Of a stretch of DNA of 64,000 nucleotides, positions 63,784 to 64,000 are shown one piece after another (positions within the stretch are counted from its first letter, which is position 1; each line of letters opens with the position of its first letter). A program made the position numbers and the translations under genes. The notes beneath the pieces were generated by a model that was not told the DNA's origin, did no database searches, and was given only the letters and a program-made list of their open reading frames with translations. The stretch is from a virus, in the IMG/VR virus record IMGVR_UViG_3300036823_000120, positions 30,583-94,582 of that record, one strand, 5' to 3'.

Positions 63784-64000
63784 TAGTCCATATAAAATTT
63801 ACGAGAATCTCACACAACTGAGCGTTCGACGCTCATACGAGCAGGTTACCCTATTATTTGTACGAATTAACCCTACCAGGGGTATCAGAATATTAGAGCA
63901 TAGTTATTGTTAGACTAACAGATATGATTGTATAACTATTTGATTAGGTAGATGTAAAACTAACATAGATCATAGTAGCATACATCTATATGATGTATGC

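Noticed and set aside
63360-63821. CRISPR array or protein-coding ORFs (63584..63769, 63624..63821)
   Set aside because: No unique spacers. The ORFs are translations of the tandem repeat.
1-64000. Stop-codon reassignment
   Set aside because: Core genes are full length and densely packed in the standard code, and no suppressor tRNA was found.

Overview
The window is most or all of an AT-rich (about 35% GC by eye), siphovirus-like tailed phage genome in the standard genetic code. It has three transcription arms. (1) A minus-strand arm from ~25.5 kb to the left end carries three ParB-like genes, an SSB-like gene, an SNF2 helicase with an HNH intein, family A DNA polymerase, VRR-NUC, a class II ribonucleotide reductase, a sigma-like factor, a PD-(D/E)XK nuclease and tRNA/tRNA-like genes. 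(2) A short plus-strand arm at 26.2-32.2 kb carries primase-helicase, dNMP kinase, an adenine MTase, an HD hydrolase and a DEDDh exonuclease. (3) A minus-strand arm from 63.2 to 32.2 kb carries a papain-like protease and secreted proteins, terminase, portal, scaffold, capsid, tail tube, tail chaperone with a -1 frameshift, tape measure and hub. Several proteins resemble planctomycete-type families, so a Planctomycetota host is inferred but not proven. Most striking signals: nrdJ is split by three group I introns with a 10-nt micro-exon; in two introns a two-domain LAGLIDADG ORF is translated straight through the ribozyme catalytic core; there is a set of non-canonical tRNA-like RNAs, including tRNA-Leu(GAG) with a 72-nt branched variable arm and an Ala-type acceptor with no D or anticodon arm; one conserved ~40-bp element heads all three arms, next to a GC island and tandem arrays; AAGCTT is strongly over-represented; and scaffold and capsid share an N-terminal leader. 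All calls come from reading motifs by eye. No database search was run.
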